A DNA stretch of 64,000 bases from Eledone cirrhosa (taxonomy: Eukaryota), in NCBI GenBank assembly GCA_964016885.1, contig OZ024740.1, positions 18,972,001 to 19,036,000 of the forward strand, read 5' to 3'. The notes beneath the pieces are model-generated. The model saw nothing but the letters and a program-made list of their open reading frames with translations, was not told the DNA's origin and did not search any database. Both the position numbers and the translations under genes were made by a program. Position 1 is the first letter of the stretch. Each line of letters starts with the position of its first letter. Positions 24,085 through 36,660 of this stretch are shown here, in pieces.

Positions 24085-27000
24085 GGCCTTGCATTTTCCA
24101 GGGATAGTACTGCTCAGCTACTAACCAGGAGGGACCTAGAAAATGTGGTCTAAACAAAGCTTGCTTACATCTAAGCGGGCCAGCAACCCGTGGCCGATAG
24201 CTGTTCACTTATGCGGGGAAAATACTTGTAATGATAATGAAATGACTAACAAGACAATGGACAGAATACATCTTCAATGACATCTTTGAAAATTGCGTCC
24301 TGGAATGTGCCCACGCTATAACATTTACCTAGCTCAAAACCTTTTGAACGTTAAACTGCTCATACCTGTAAAGAGTTTCAACTGGATATTGTCACACTTT
24401 AAAACACGACTATCTGAGGATGGCCAGACTCGAGATACACCTTATTCTAGAAAGGTCGACCAGAAAATGAGCGTCGTCGGAATCACTTTTGCTCTAAGAA
24501 CCTCCCTGGTACAACATCTGTCGGAACTTCCGCATGGTATCTCTGATCGGATTATAACACTTAGGTTGCCACTCCAATTTAACCCTTTTATGACTTTTGT
24601 CAGTGTGTATGCCCCAACTCTTGTAAGTATCCGAGAAGAAATAGATTCATTTTATGCGGATCTGAGAATAATCTTGTAAATAAGTATGACAAACTTTTAG
24701 CGTTGGCTGATTTACTTACACCTGTTAAATGTGACTCTAATACATGAAGCAGCATAGGTCGTCATGGAATGGAAAATTGTAATAGCAATGGACTTCTGTT
24801 ACAAGTGTGTGAGGACTTGTCATAGGAAACACAGGGATGAGACAGAAGAACAAGTACAAGCGGACCTTCTTGCACCAACGTTTAACGTCATTGGCATAGT
24901 ATTGATTATGTGATTTACTGCGAGTGATTTTATGTTGGATGATATACTTGTATGTCCCTCTTTCTCTGTCTCTCAGAATACGTCACAGCTATCATTGTAA
25001 CCTAAGCAAACGTGAAAGAATAGCCCAACTCCCACTGTCATCGCCTCCATCTCTCTGGCCCACCCCATCTCTCCATATGGTGAGCAAATGGGGTCCCACG
25101 TGCTGGCCTCCCCACAGCCCAGGCGGACAGAATGGAGAAGGCGTTAAGACGTAATGATTTGCAGGATGTTTTATCAAACTGTTGCATGAGAAGGGCAGAG
25201 TGCTGCACGGACCAGAATCTCCTGACAGTATCTAGGACACAGTGCTGCACGGACCAGAATCTCCTGAGAGTATCTAGGACACAGTGCTGCATGGACCAGC
25301 ATCTCCTGAGAGTATCTAGGACACAGTGCTGCATGGACCAGCATCTCCTGAGAGTATCTAGGACACAGTGCTGCATGGACCAGCATCTCCTGAGAGTATC
25401 TAGGACACAGTGCTGCACGGACCAGCATCTCCTGACAGTATCTAGGACACAGTGCTGCACGGACCAGCATCTCCTGAGAGTATCTAGGACACAGTGCTGC
25501 ACGGACCAGAATCTCCTGAGAGTATCTAGGACACAGTGCTGCACGGACCAGCATCTCCTGACAGTATCTAGGACACAGTGCTGCATGGACCAGCATCTCC
25601 TGAGAGTATCTAGGGCACAGTGCTGCATGGACCAGCATCTCCTGAGAGTATCTAGGACACAGTGCTGCATGGACCAGCATCTCCTGAGAGTATCTAGGAC
25701 ACAGTGCTGCATGGACCAGCATCTCCTGACAGTATCTAGGACACAGTGCTGCATGGACCAGCATCTCCTGACAGTATCTAGGACACAGTGCTGCATGGAC
25801 CAGCATCTCCTGAGAGTATCTAGGACACAGTGCTGCATGGACCAGCATCTCCTGAGAGTATCTAGGACACAGTGCTGCACGGACCAGCATCTCCTGAGAG
25901 TATCTAGGACACAGTGCTGCATGGACCAGCATCTCCTGACAGTATCTAGGACACAGTGCTGCATGGACCAGCATCTCCTGAGAGTATCTAGGACACAGTG
26001 CTGCATGGACCAGCATCTCCTGACAGTATCTAGAACACAGTGCTGCATGGACCAGCATCTCCTGAGAGTATCTAGGACACAGTGCTGCATGGACCAGCAT
26101 CTCCTGACAGTATCTAGGACACAGTGCTGCATGGACCAGCATCTCCTGAGAGTATCTAGGACACAGTGCTGCATGGACCAGCATCTCCTGACAGTATCTA
26201 GGACACAGTGCTGCATGGACCAGCATCTCCTGAGAGTATCTAGGACACAGTGCTGCATGGACCAGCATCTCCTGACAGTATCTAGGACACAGTGCTGCAT
26301 GGACCAGCATCTCCTGAGAGTATCTAGGACACAGTGCTGCACGGACCAGCATCTCCTGAGAGTATCTAGGACACAGTGCTGCATGGACCAGCATCTCCTG
26401 AGAGTATCTAGGACACAGTGCTGCATGGACCAGCATCTCCTGAGAGTATCTAGGACACAGTGCTGCATGGACCAGCATCTCCTGAGAGTATCTAGGACAC
26501 AGTGCTGCATGGACCAGCATCTCCTGACAGTATCTAGGACACAGTGCTGCATGGACCAGCATCTCCTGAGAGTATCTAGGACACAGTGCTGCATGGACCA
26601 GCATCTCCTGAGAGTATCTAGGACACAGTGCTGCATGGACCAGCATCTCCTGAGAGTATCTAGGACACAGTGCTGCATGGACCAGCATCTCCTGACAGTA
26701 TCTAGGACACAGTGCTGCATAGATCAGCATCTCCTGACAGTATCTAGGACACAGTGCTGCATGGACCAGCATCTCCTGAGAGTATCTAGGACACAGTGCT
26801 GCACGGACCAGCATCTCCTGAGAGTATCTAGGACACAGTGCTGCATGGACCAGCATCTCCTGAGAGTATCTAGGACACAGTGCTGCATGGACCAGCATCT
26901 CCTGAGAGTATCTAGGACACAGTGCTGCATGGACCAGCATCTCTTGAGAGTATCTAGGACACAGTGCTGCATGGACCAGCATCTCCTGAGAGTATCTAGG

Positions 27001-29910
27001 ACACAGTGCTGCATGGACCAGCATCTCCTGAGAGTATCTAGGACACAGTGCTGCATGGACCAGCATCTCCTGACAGTATCTAGGACACAGTGCTGCATGG
27101 ACCAGCATCTCCTGAGAGTATCTCTCCACACAGTGCTGCATGGACCAGCATCTCCTGAGAGTATCTAGGACACAGTGCTGCATGGACCAGCATCTCCTGA
27201 GAGTATCTAGGACAAAGTGCTGCACGGACCAGCATCTCCTGACAGTATCTAGGACAAAGTGCTGCATGGACCAGCATCTCCTGAGAGTATCTAGGACACA
27301 GTGCTGCATGGACCAGCATCTCCTGAGAGTATCTAGGACACAGTGCTGCATGGACCAGCATCTCCTGAGAGTATCTAGGACACAGTGCTGCACGGACCAG
27401 CATCTCCTGAGAGTTTCTAGGACACAGTGCTGCATGGACCAGCATCTCCTGAGAGTATCTAGGACACAGTGCTGCATGGACCAGCATCTCCTGACAGTAT
27501 CTAGGACAAAGTGCTGCACGGACCAGCATCTCCTGACAGTATCTAGGACAAAGTGCTGCATGGACCAGCATCTCCTGAGAGTATCTAGGACACAGTGCTG
27601 CATGGACCAGCATCTCCTGAGAGTATCTAGGACACAGTGCTGCATGGACCAGCATCTCCTGAGAGTATCTAGGACAAAGTGCTGCACGGACCAGCATCTC
27701 CTGACAGTATCTAGGACAAAGTGCTGCATGGACCAGCATCTCCTGAGAGTATCTAGGACACAGTGCTGCATGGACCAGCATCTCCTGAGAGTATCTAGGA
27801 CAAAGTGCTGCACGGACCAGCATCTCCTGACAGTATCTAGGACAAAGTGCTGCATGGACCAGCATCTCCTGAGAGTATCTAGGACACAGTGCTGCATGGA
27901 CCAGCATCTCCTGAGAGTATCTAGGACACAGTGCTGCATGGACCAGCATCTCCTGAGAGTATCTAGGACACAGTGCTGCACGGACCAGCATCTCCTGAGA
28001 GTATCTAGGACACAGTGCTGCATGGACCAGCATCTCCTGAGAGTATCTAGGACACAGTGCTGCATGGACCAGCATCTCCTGACAGTATCTAGGACACAGT
28101 GCTGCATGGACCAGCATCTCCTGAGAGTATCTAGGACATAGTGCTGCATGGACCAGCATCTCCTGACAGTATCTAGGACACAGTGCTGCATGGACCAGCA
28201 TCTCCTGAGAGTATCTAGGACAAAGTGCTGCACGGACCAGCATCTCCTGACAGTATCTAGGACAAAGTGCTGGATGGACCAGCATCTCCTGAGAGTATCT
28301 AGGACACAGTGCTGCATGGACCAGCATCTCCTGAGAGTATCTAGGACACAGTGCTGCATGGACCAGCATCTCCTGAGAGTATCTAGGACACAGTGCTGCA
28401 CGGACCAGCATCTCCTGAGAGTATCTAGGACACAGTGCTGCATGGACCAGCATCTCCTGAGAGTATCTAGGACACAGTGCTGCATGGACCAGCATCTCCT
28501 GACAGTATCTAGGACACAGTGCTGCATGGACCAGCATCTCCTGAGAGTATCTAGGACATAGTGCTGCATGGACCAGCATCTCCTGACAGTATCTAGGACA
28601 CAGTGCTGCATGGACCAGCATCTCCTGAGAGTATCTAGGACACAGTGCTCCATGGACCAGCATCTCCTGAGAGTATCTAGGACACAGTGCTGCATGGACC
28701 AGCATCTCCTGACAGTATCTAGGACACAGTGCTGCATGGACCAGCATCTCCTGAGAGTATCTAGGACACAGTGCTGCATGGACCAGCATCTCCTGAGAGT
28801 ATCTAGGACACAGTGCTGCACGGACCAGCATCTCCTGAGAGTATCTAGGACACAGTGCTGCATGGACCAGCATCTCCTGAGAGTATCTAGGACACAGTGC
28901 TGCATGGACCAGCATCTCCTGACAGTATCTAGGACACAGTGCTGCATGGACCAGCATCTCCTGAGAGTATCTAGGACACAGTGCTGCATGGACCAGCATC
29001 TCCTGACAGTACCTAGGACACAGTGCTGCATGGACCAGCATCTCCTGAGAGTATCTAGGACACAGTGCTCCATGGACCAGCATCTCCTGAGAGTATCTAG
29101 GACACAGTGCTGCACGGACCAGCATCTCCTGAGAGTATCTAGGACACAGTGCTGCATGGACCAGCATCTCCTGAGAGTATCTAGGACACAGTGCTGCATG
29201 GACCAGCATCTCCTGACAGTATCTAGGACACAGTGCTGTATGGACCAGCATCTCCTGAGAGTATCTAGGACACAGTGCTGCATGGACCAGCATCTCCTGA
29301 CAGTATCTAGGACACAGTGCTGCATGGACCAGCATCTCCTGACAGTATCTAGGACACAGCGCTGCATGGACCAGCATCTCCTGACAGTATCTAGGACACA
29401 GTGCTGCATGGACCAGCATCTCCTGAGAGTATCTAGGACACAGTGCTGCATGGACCAGCATCTCCTGAGAGTATCTCTCCACACTCATGTTCGGAAGATG
29501 AAACATGGCGGTGTCAATGTGCAGAGACAACATGGCGGTGCCAATGTGCAGAGACGTATACCTGGTTCACAATTGGCCTGCCCAGAAAATGAGGGAAATT
29601 TCAAGAAGCAGTTCAGTGAAATGCAGTCACCAACAGTGATGATGCATGTCTGTCTTTCAGTAAACAGCTTCATGAAGCAACTGCCATGACTTTAGATTAT
29701 GCAGGGGGAAAACACACCAGCACTGGTTTACTGCAACTGTGGAAAGCATTCTAATAGAAAAGAAAACATGCCTGGACAAGTTCTTGTCATGCTCGAAAGA
29801 AGGTGCAGAAGACTTTCAAAGAATGTAAGGCACGGGCACTGCGCGAACTCGGGGCAGCAAAAGATGGCGCGATAAAACACGTTACATAGAAGCCTCGACA
29901 AAAAGACGAG
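24085..29910 (+). mobile_element. Decayed RTE-clade LINE 5' half (UTR, AP endonuclease, linker), interrupted by a ~220-bp insert and by the 42-bp array
   Basis: APE motifs across frames: KIASWNVPTL (~24290), GITFAL, GISDRIITLRLPL, FVSVYAPTL, IGRHGMENCNSNG, WHSIDYVI (~24890), RRNDLQDVL..MRRAECCTD (25147-25213). After the array: SLHTHVRK..RRIPGSQL and KQLHEA..HQHWF, resembling RTE KHQDWF. Confidence 0.75.
25192..29476. repeat. 42-bp minisatellite, about 102 units, consensus AGGACACAGTGCTGCATGGACCAGCATCTCCTGAGAGTATCT
   Basis: Direct reading. Highly homogeneous, with one 43-bp unit at about 27121. Confidence 0.98.
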
Positions 29911-30402
29911 GTTCTAAATTATTATATCATGAACTGCGCATAGTATAGGACCCACCCAGCACTGTCTTTGACCCACTGTGAATGTGTGTCTGTGTGTGTG
30001 TCTATGTATGCATGTATGTATGTTTCTATGTATGTATGTTTGTATGTATGTATATATGTATGCATGTATGTATGTATATATGTATGTACTTATGTATGTA
30101 TTTATGTATGTATTGATACACACAGAGTAAGTGGGTGTATATACAACAGTCACTTTTGATACCAATCCGCCTGAAATCGCCCTTAATTATCTGAAAACCT
30201 TCCGTCATAATTTTTGTTCAAGAACTTTTGTTAAGTTAAGTTCCATACATCAGCTTAATACTGTGAAAGTTTGTTTTATTATTACAGAGTCGATAAAAAC
30301 AAGTACCAGTAATACACTGGGATCGATTTAATCGATGTTTGCCTCCTCTAAAATTGTTGGCCTTGTGCTTAAATCAGGAACCATTATTAGATCCTCACAA
30401 GG

Positions 30403-30600
30403 TCGATGGGTTGGCAGTAGGATCAGTAGAGCGTCTAACAACATGCTTTGTGGCATAGAGTTACCTACCTTTGCGTTCTGATTGCAAATCCCGTCGAGGT
30501 TAACTTTGTCTTTCCTCCTTACGTTGAGTCGATAAAATAAAGTACCAGAAACGCTCTGGGGTTGATTGAATCGACCCCCTCCCCCCCAAAAAAACACCCC
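30403..30600 (+). mobile_element. Diverged tRNA-derived SINE; an adjacent 3' fragment of the same family lies at about 30285-30390
   Basis: TGGCAGTAGGATCAG A-box-like head, then CAAATCCCGTCGAGGTTAACTTTG and GTCGATAAAATAAAGTACCAG. Aligns by eye with 52374-52591. Confidence 0.75.
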
Positions 30601-31020
30601 GCGCTCTTCATGTAAACGCAGCGTGTGGCACTGCAAGTATCTGTGTGTGTGTGGTTAAGAACGACATTTCCAAACCTCTGATAGAGTTCAGAGAACAGAC
30701 ACACTGTACCGTCCGATCCCCGATGAAGACAAAGTCATGGATTCAAGGGAAATAACTCCAGCAGCCTTCTACGACTGTTGACCAGTTGTCAATAGCAACA
30801 AGTAACAATACAGCGAGTCTATATATTTAAGCGTGTCAAGTGTATATATATAATAACAAAATGTCAATTGCAAGAAGGGACCACCTAGCCCCTAAATCTA
30901 AAGGTATGTTATATTTCTTTTAACGTCCATTGTTAATCTGGACGTTGTGTTTGACCTAAATAGTGCGAGTGAATCGAAGAATCGATTTGACGAGAATTTA
31001 ATCGATATTGATAAAACATA

Positions 31021-31130
31021 TTGTTGTTGTTGATGTTATTGTTGTTGTTGTTTAACTCCAGGTCAACCATGATCAAGCAGACCTATGATCATATCTATTC
31101 CAACCGTGACCATTTGGTTGTCTTAGGACT
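31021..31130 (-). mobile_element. Probable retroposon 3' end with (CAA)n tail
   Basis: (TTG)n run abutting unique sequence TTTAACTCCAGGTCAACC. Family not identified from this window. Confidence 0.35.
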
Positions 31131-31443
31131 ATGTAGGACTACCGTATCTTATGGGCCCCTCTCAGCTCCATACTTGGTTTTTGTTGAAGATTTCGCTGCT
31201 ATGGTAACGATAGCTGGATCGAATATCTATAGGTTTCCTCAATGGTTATGTATATGTATAAATGTATCATTGTATATACATGTCTATATAGATGTGTATA
31301 CATAAATACACACACACACGCGCGCGCATATATACACACACACATATATATATACTGAGAGAGAAAGAGGGAGCGAGAGAGATACAAAATGTGTCTGTGT
31401 ACAGATATACACACACGAACACACACGAACACACACACACACG

Positions 31444-31520
<77 letters not shown>

Positions 31521-31522
<2 letters not shown>

Positions 31523-31684
31523 CAAAGAAGGTGTAGTAGGAACCAGGTGGACCATAACGCACCAGAGTACTCGATACTTAGGGTAGGAGAGTGGGTAACA
31601 GGAAAAGAGTCAGGACCCCGACGGCAGAGCTCCGGCCGTTTCGACAGCTAGATCCGAACAGTTCGGATCTAGCTGTCGGAACGT
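31521..31684 (-). mobile_element. (TA)n-anchored hairpin mini-element (family A, copy 1) with hammerhead 3' half
   Basis: Homologous to 54945-55161 and 57244-57438. Minus strand reads GACAGCTAGATCCGAAC-T-GTTCGGATCTAGCTGTC GAAACGGC..GCCGTC GGGGTC. Confidence 0.8.
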
Positions 31685-31872
31685 AAGGGATAGGTCAATC
31701 AGGTCCCTGGATTTAATTAACAACCATAGAAACAGAAAAATCGAATTAACATTAGCTCCAACCCTATATATACGCACATACATATATACTCACACATACA
31801 CGCACATACACACACAGATACATATATGCATGTGTGAGCTGTGTGTAAACATGTATGTATAATATATATACA

Positions 31873-31987
<115 letters not shown>

Positions 31988-32080
31988 TGTGTGTGTGTGT
32001 GTGTGAAGTGTGATGTGTGTGTGTGTCTGTGAGTATATTTATATTTATATATATAATTGGAGGCTTAAATATATATATAT

Positions 32081-32617
32081 ATCATCATCATCATCATCAT
32101 CATTATCATTTTATGTCCACTTTTCCCTGCTTGCAAGGGTGGGATGGTTCCTATTCAGCACAGCATCTCTCCACTTGTCACAGTCCTTTGTCATCTCCTC
32201 TGTGAGCTTCAGCAGTCTGAGGTCTACTCTCACCACCTCTGCCAATGTTTTACATGGTCTTCCTCTACTGCATCTTCCTTCTACTGGCATTTCTTGACAC
32301 TTCTTTACCCAGCGGTCACTCTCCATGCGCATCACATGTCCATACCATCGCAGTCTTCTCTCCCAAACACTACAACTTATCCCTCTTATACACAGTTTCT
32401 CTCTCAACTCATCCATGCTTGGTCGTTCACATACATTGACATTGCACATCCAAGGGAGCATGCTTGCTTCATTTCTCTCCAGCCGTTGCATATCCTCTGC
32501 AGTTGATTCCCATGTCTCACTACCATGCAGCATCACGCATCTCACACAGGCATCATATAACCGGCCTTTCGTACGCAGGGAGAAACCCTTCTTTGTCAGC
32601 AGAGGAAGCAGCTCCCT
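32081..32617 (-). mobile_element. RTE-clade LINE 3' fragment with (GAT)n tail
   Basis: ORF 32111-32545: VMLHGSETW..LERNEASML..ERRLRWYGHVMRM..VEGRCSRGRPCKT, typical of the RTE C-terminus. Followed by (GAT)n on the minus strand. Confidence 0.88.
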
Positions 32618-32669
32618 AAATATATATATATATACTATAAGATCAAAAGATGGTCAAAAGAGTTCCAAG

Positions 32670-32740
32670 TATTTTATTATGCGCATTTCAAAAACAAATA
32701 TCATCATGGGATGATATCTGCGTTCTCATCAGATAAAATA
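32670..32740 (-). ncRNA. Type I hammerhead ribozyme motif with complete core
   Basis: Minus strand: TATTTTAT (stem I) CTGATGA [16-bp stem II with one mismatch, CCAT loop] GAA ATGCGCAT A / ATAAAATA. 8-bp stem I, palindromic stem III, AUA cleavage triplet. Confidence 0.85.
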
Positions 32741-33244
32741 GGGAGACATCATATGAAGCTTAAAAAACACTTGTGAATAGTGAAGTTTTAAATCAACATA
32801 TGAAAAATAAATTAAGATTGATGTATGAGATTGGAAAAAAGTGAAGGGGGTGGAAAAGGTAAGGAAGAGGAAAAGATGAGAATAAAGAATGGTGGCGGAG
32901 GAGTATAAGAAGGAAGGATGAGAGAGGAGGAGAGATGGGTGATAGAGAGAGAGAGATAGCCTTTACAACTGAGAAAAAAATATTGTCTCACAGAGAGAAA
33001 TTAAAAAGCCGTTGGAAGATAATAGATAATTTAAAAGATTTTGAAATTAAAAGTTAATGAGGTTTATGCATGAAGAAAAAGGAATAAAGAATAGTATTAA
33101 ATTAAGGTTTGTATATTGAAGGGTTTAATAATATGTGCGAAGAAAAGAATTTATTAATATGTATTATTAAAATAAAAATATTAATGATATTAAGGATATA
33201 ATGTGAAAAGAAGGAGAAGAATGAATGAGTTCTGAATTTAGAGG

Positions 33245-33605
33245 AATTAGTTAGGGTTTAAGTTTGTTTTTATGTAATGTAATATGTGTACATAAATAGT
33301 TTGTTTAAAATGAGCGCGGAAAGAAAGAAGAAAAGAATGTTTAAGGAAGAAAATATCTAACATGAAAAAGTATATATGTTTACGAAATATTTTCTAATGG
33401 TAATAATATAATATATTAAAAGAAATCAGTTAGGGTTTAAGTTTGTTTTTATGTATTGTAATATGTAAAAGTCAAATTAAGTAGTAGATTTAAAACGAGC
33501 ATGAAAGGATGGAAGAGATATGAAAAATTTTAGGAAGAAAAAATCTAACGTCAAAAATTTATATGTTTACGAAGGACTTCTAATGGTAATACTATAATGT
33601 ATTAA
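33245..33605. repeat. Two diverged ~180-bp direct repeats in the PLE 3' region
   Basis: AGTTAGGGTTTAAGTTTGTTTTTATGTA recurs at about 33249 and 33428, each followed by similar sequence to TTCTAATGGTAATA. Confidence 0.75.
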
Positions 33606-34746
33606 AAAAAATAATTTTCATGGCCAATGATATGAGGAAAGATAGAAGAATGGATAATGTTGTGGTGAGTAATAATATGAATTGAGAAGTAGTTGGGAAG
33701 AAAAAGTACAGATTAGAGGTTAGAAATTAAAAAGAAAAAAGGAAGAAAGGAAAATGATAAAGAGGAATGATTAGAATGAGTAAATTGTATTATATAATAT
33801 ATAATACTGAAATAAGGTAGAAAGGCCCATGAAAATTATTATTAATAGATATAGAAAAAGGAGCATTATACCAGATTATATTTTTGTATCTAGGTCTTTT
33901 ATTTAAGTTATTGGAATGTTCATAATTAATTATTTTACTGTAAGACCTTCTAGGATTGGTTTCTTTACTGTATTTAATTTTATCAAGATAACCAGCTTTA
34001 GAAAGCGCATTATTATAGTAATTGGCGTTAGCATCGAAGATATCTTTATTAGAGGATAGGTTTGAGATTCGTTTTCAATATTACTGACTATAGCATTTTT
34101 AATGTTAGTGGGGTGGTTAGATTTAAAATTAACATAATTTAGATTCTCATTGTTTTTATGGTAAGGATAATATAGGCCAGTGTCAAGATTAAGGGATATA
34201 TCCAAGAAGTTAGCTAGTTTGACGTTGTTATCAAATTCAATTTTAAGGTTATGTTGCTTAAAGAGATCACGTATATTGTTCTTAGTAGTATTAAGGTTAA
34301 CTAAGTTGCAGTTTAAGATAGTAAAAAGTCCATCGTCACGATAAATTCCACCGCGAAGTTGACGAATTTTCCGATTTAAAGAATTCAAAATAAAAATACC
34401 AATCAAATCAGTCAATTGCGATGAATCGGAAGCATCCATTGTGATATCAAAGTTGTATATATATATAAATATTATATTATTTATACTCCAGTCCTACAAA
34501 CTGTAGAGTGTTACTTATCCGATATTTGCATTGCTTTACTGTGCTACAATAAAACTCACCTCCTACATATATATATATGTATATATATATATATTGTTAT
34601 ACTTTGGGAGGGTCATGTTGCCAATAAGAAACACACGCAGCAGTTGCTTTCACTTCAATTTATTATAATAAATTTATAAATTTTTAGGAATTTATAAATT
34701 TCTGGTTGCTTGGTTGGTTCCACAACCAGATAGTTGTTTATATATT

Positions 34747-34789
34747 GTCAAAGTTCTTTCGTCACACATTCTGTGACCTCTTCAGTGAC
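34747..34789 (-). ncRNA. Minimal hammerhead motif in the PLE pLTR
   Basis: Minus strand: GTCA CTGAAGA G GTCAC-AGAATGT-GTGAC GAAAG-AA-CTT TGAC. Stem I GTCA/TGAC; very short stem III, as known for PLE hammerheads. Confidence 0.8.
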
Positions 34790-34990
34790 TGGGGATTCTT
34801 TTCTTTGTTTGTGTGCCTCTCCTTTGTTGTGCCCTACGACATTTTGTTTCTGTGTGTGTGTTGTGTGCTCAGTCTGTGCATGCGCCACATCCGGGTGTCT
34901 GTGTGTGTTTATATTCGTTTATTTATTTGTTTATTTGCATGTTACCGGTTGGTTGTTTGTTCTATGTGCGTGTGTGTTTTCATTTTGTCC

Positions 34991-36660
34991 TTAATTGTAA
35001 GTTGTGATGTTGCTGTTCCACTCATATTTTCTATTTAATTTTGGTTGTAATTCTTTTATGTTTATTGCCTCTGTGATTTGTCTAAACATTGCGTCTTTTC
35101 TGTGTGTAGATTCTATTTTTATTTCTATGTTCTCTAATTTACCCTTGTGTTCTATTTTAGCATGTTGGTAGAGTACAGATGGTTCTTTACTATCTTGAAG
35201 ATCTCGCCAGTGTTCATTTATCCTTTCCCCTACACTACGAGCTGTCTCACCTATGTACACTATATTTTTGTCTCTACATTGTCCTTCAGTACATCTTATG
35301 CTATATACTACATTTCTAGTTTTACAGTTAATATAGGGGCTTATTTTACAGGTTATACATTTCTTATCTATACAGGGGTGTCTTTGAAAAGGGTATGTCT
35401 TGCTAATAAGTGTTTTTACGGAGGTACCTGGTCTTTCTACTATCTTAATATTGAGTTTATGTTTATCTAGGGCCCTTCTAAATCTGTAAGCTAATTCACC
35501 TCTAGGGGTTGTATCGATGAACATTACACTCTGGTATTTATTGCTATCATACCATGAGTTTATTCTATTAGCCTTATTCCTAGTTCTTTCTATTCTCTTC
35601 CAAAATGTGCTCCTATACAAAGGCCAGGTCCCATTTGTGTCATTATTTCCCATTTTTTCCCATTTGGTTCTGGCTCCTCTATACACTCTGATTCTATCTC
35701 TCTGATTGTAACCAGAGAACTGCATACGGTGGATGAAGTGTTGTATGCGCCTCTCTAGTTCTTCGGGGTTGCACATACGGGACACGTTTCTCATCACCCG
35801 TACCAAATCCGCAATCAGTATGTTGATTTTGGTATGGTCCGAAACAGCTAAGTTTCGGTGGATCAGATGTTTGGAAGTCATGGGTTTGGCATAATGGGAA
35901 TGGAGGATTTGTTTTTTGTTATTAATGGTATCTAACCAGAGCTCTGTGTCTAGTACAGGTAATCGATGGTTGGGGTGTTTACTTGGGTAGTCTATAGTAA
36001 CTCTAATACTCTGGTGGATGGAGTTAGCTATTTGCTGGATGCTTTCCATTGTGTTTTTCTCTAGTTCCTGACTGTTCTCTAGTGGGGTGTCTTAACTACG
36101 ATGTTTATATCATCAACGTAGCGGGAGTACATTATCAGGGTTAAGGGGTCTTCTAATTGTTCTTTAAGTTTAAGTTTAAGTCTACTGTCCCACCATACCA
36201 TGAATAAGTTAGCTATGTCACCTGCAATGTTAACACCAATGGCTGCTCCTTCCTCTTGGGCATATGTTTTTCCATTAAATTTGAACATATGTTCCTTAAG
36301 GGTTAGTTTTATGCTGGCCCCTACCGCATGTGCAATCATTTTCTTCATTTCATCTTGGTTTTCGGGTGTCCGTATGGCTCTGGTCCACCCGTTCCATCTA
36401 TCTGTGTGGGTTTTCTTGGCCATTGAGGTAATTGTAGGTGGTCTGCCTCTTGCTGGTCTTGTAGGGCACAGGTTGCTAAGGTCATATGTGTCTAGGTAAT
36501 TATTACTATAGGTAAGTTTAAGTAGGAGTCCCAGCTCACTGGTATCAATCCCACGGAACTCAACATTGCTCTCACTGATCATTTCTACGCATTTCTCCAC
36601 AGCAAAATCCACGTCAATAGATGGATACAGGGACACAACATCCATACTACCTATTATGCA
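34991..36660 (-). pseudogene. Penelope-like RT/GIY-YIG ORF broken by a frameshift near 36050-36080
   Basis: ORFs 36079-36645 and 34991-36049 are consecutive parts of one polyprotein in different frames. Confidence 0.88.

Larger units (their letters stand above)
32636..34456 (-). mobile_element. Penelope-like element fragment: RT core/thumb, long AT-rich 3' region and terminal hammerhead; flanked by (TA)n
   Basis: ORF 33930-34439 has GIYRDDGL, NFLDISLNL..YYPYHK..YVNFKSNHP. Downstream KRPRYKNIIWYNAPF (~33900-33858) matches the PLE IIWFNPPF motif. Hammerhead at 32670-32740. Confidence 0.8.

Noticed and set aside
25038-29689. Very long ORFs (up to 1436 aa) on both strands
   Set aside because: A 42-bp unit without stops leaves several frames open by default. 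The only meaningful frame is the dead RTE one, which has internal TAG stops and a frameshift.
30715-30745. Hammerhead at CCGATGAAGACAAAGTC
   Set aside because: The core is altered and no GAAA or stem III follows.
33250-33440. Telomeric TTAGGG
   Set aside because: Isolated single hexamers within a duplicated segment, not an array.
34991-36049. Selenocysteine-encoding Naiad
   Set aside because: No in-frame TGA in the zinc-finger/GIY-YIG region of this copy; the ORF break is a frameshift, and I did not identify a SECIS.
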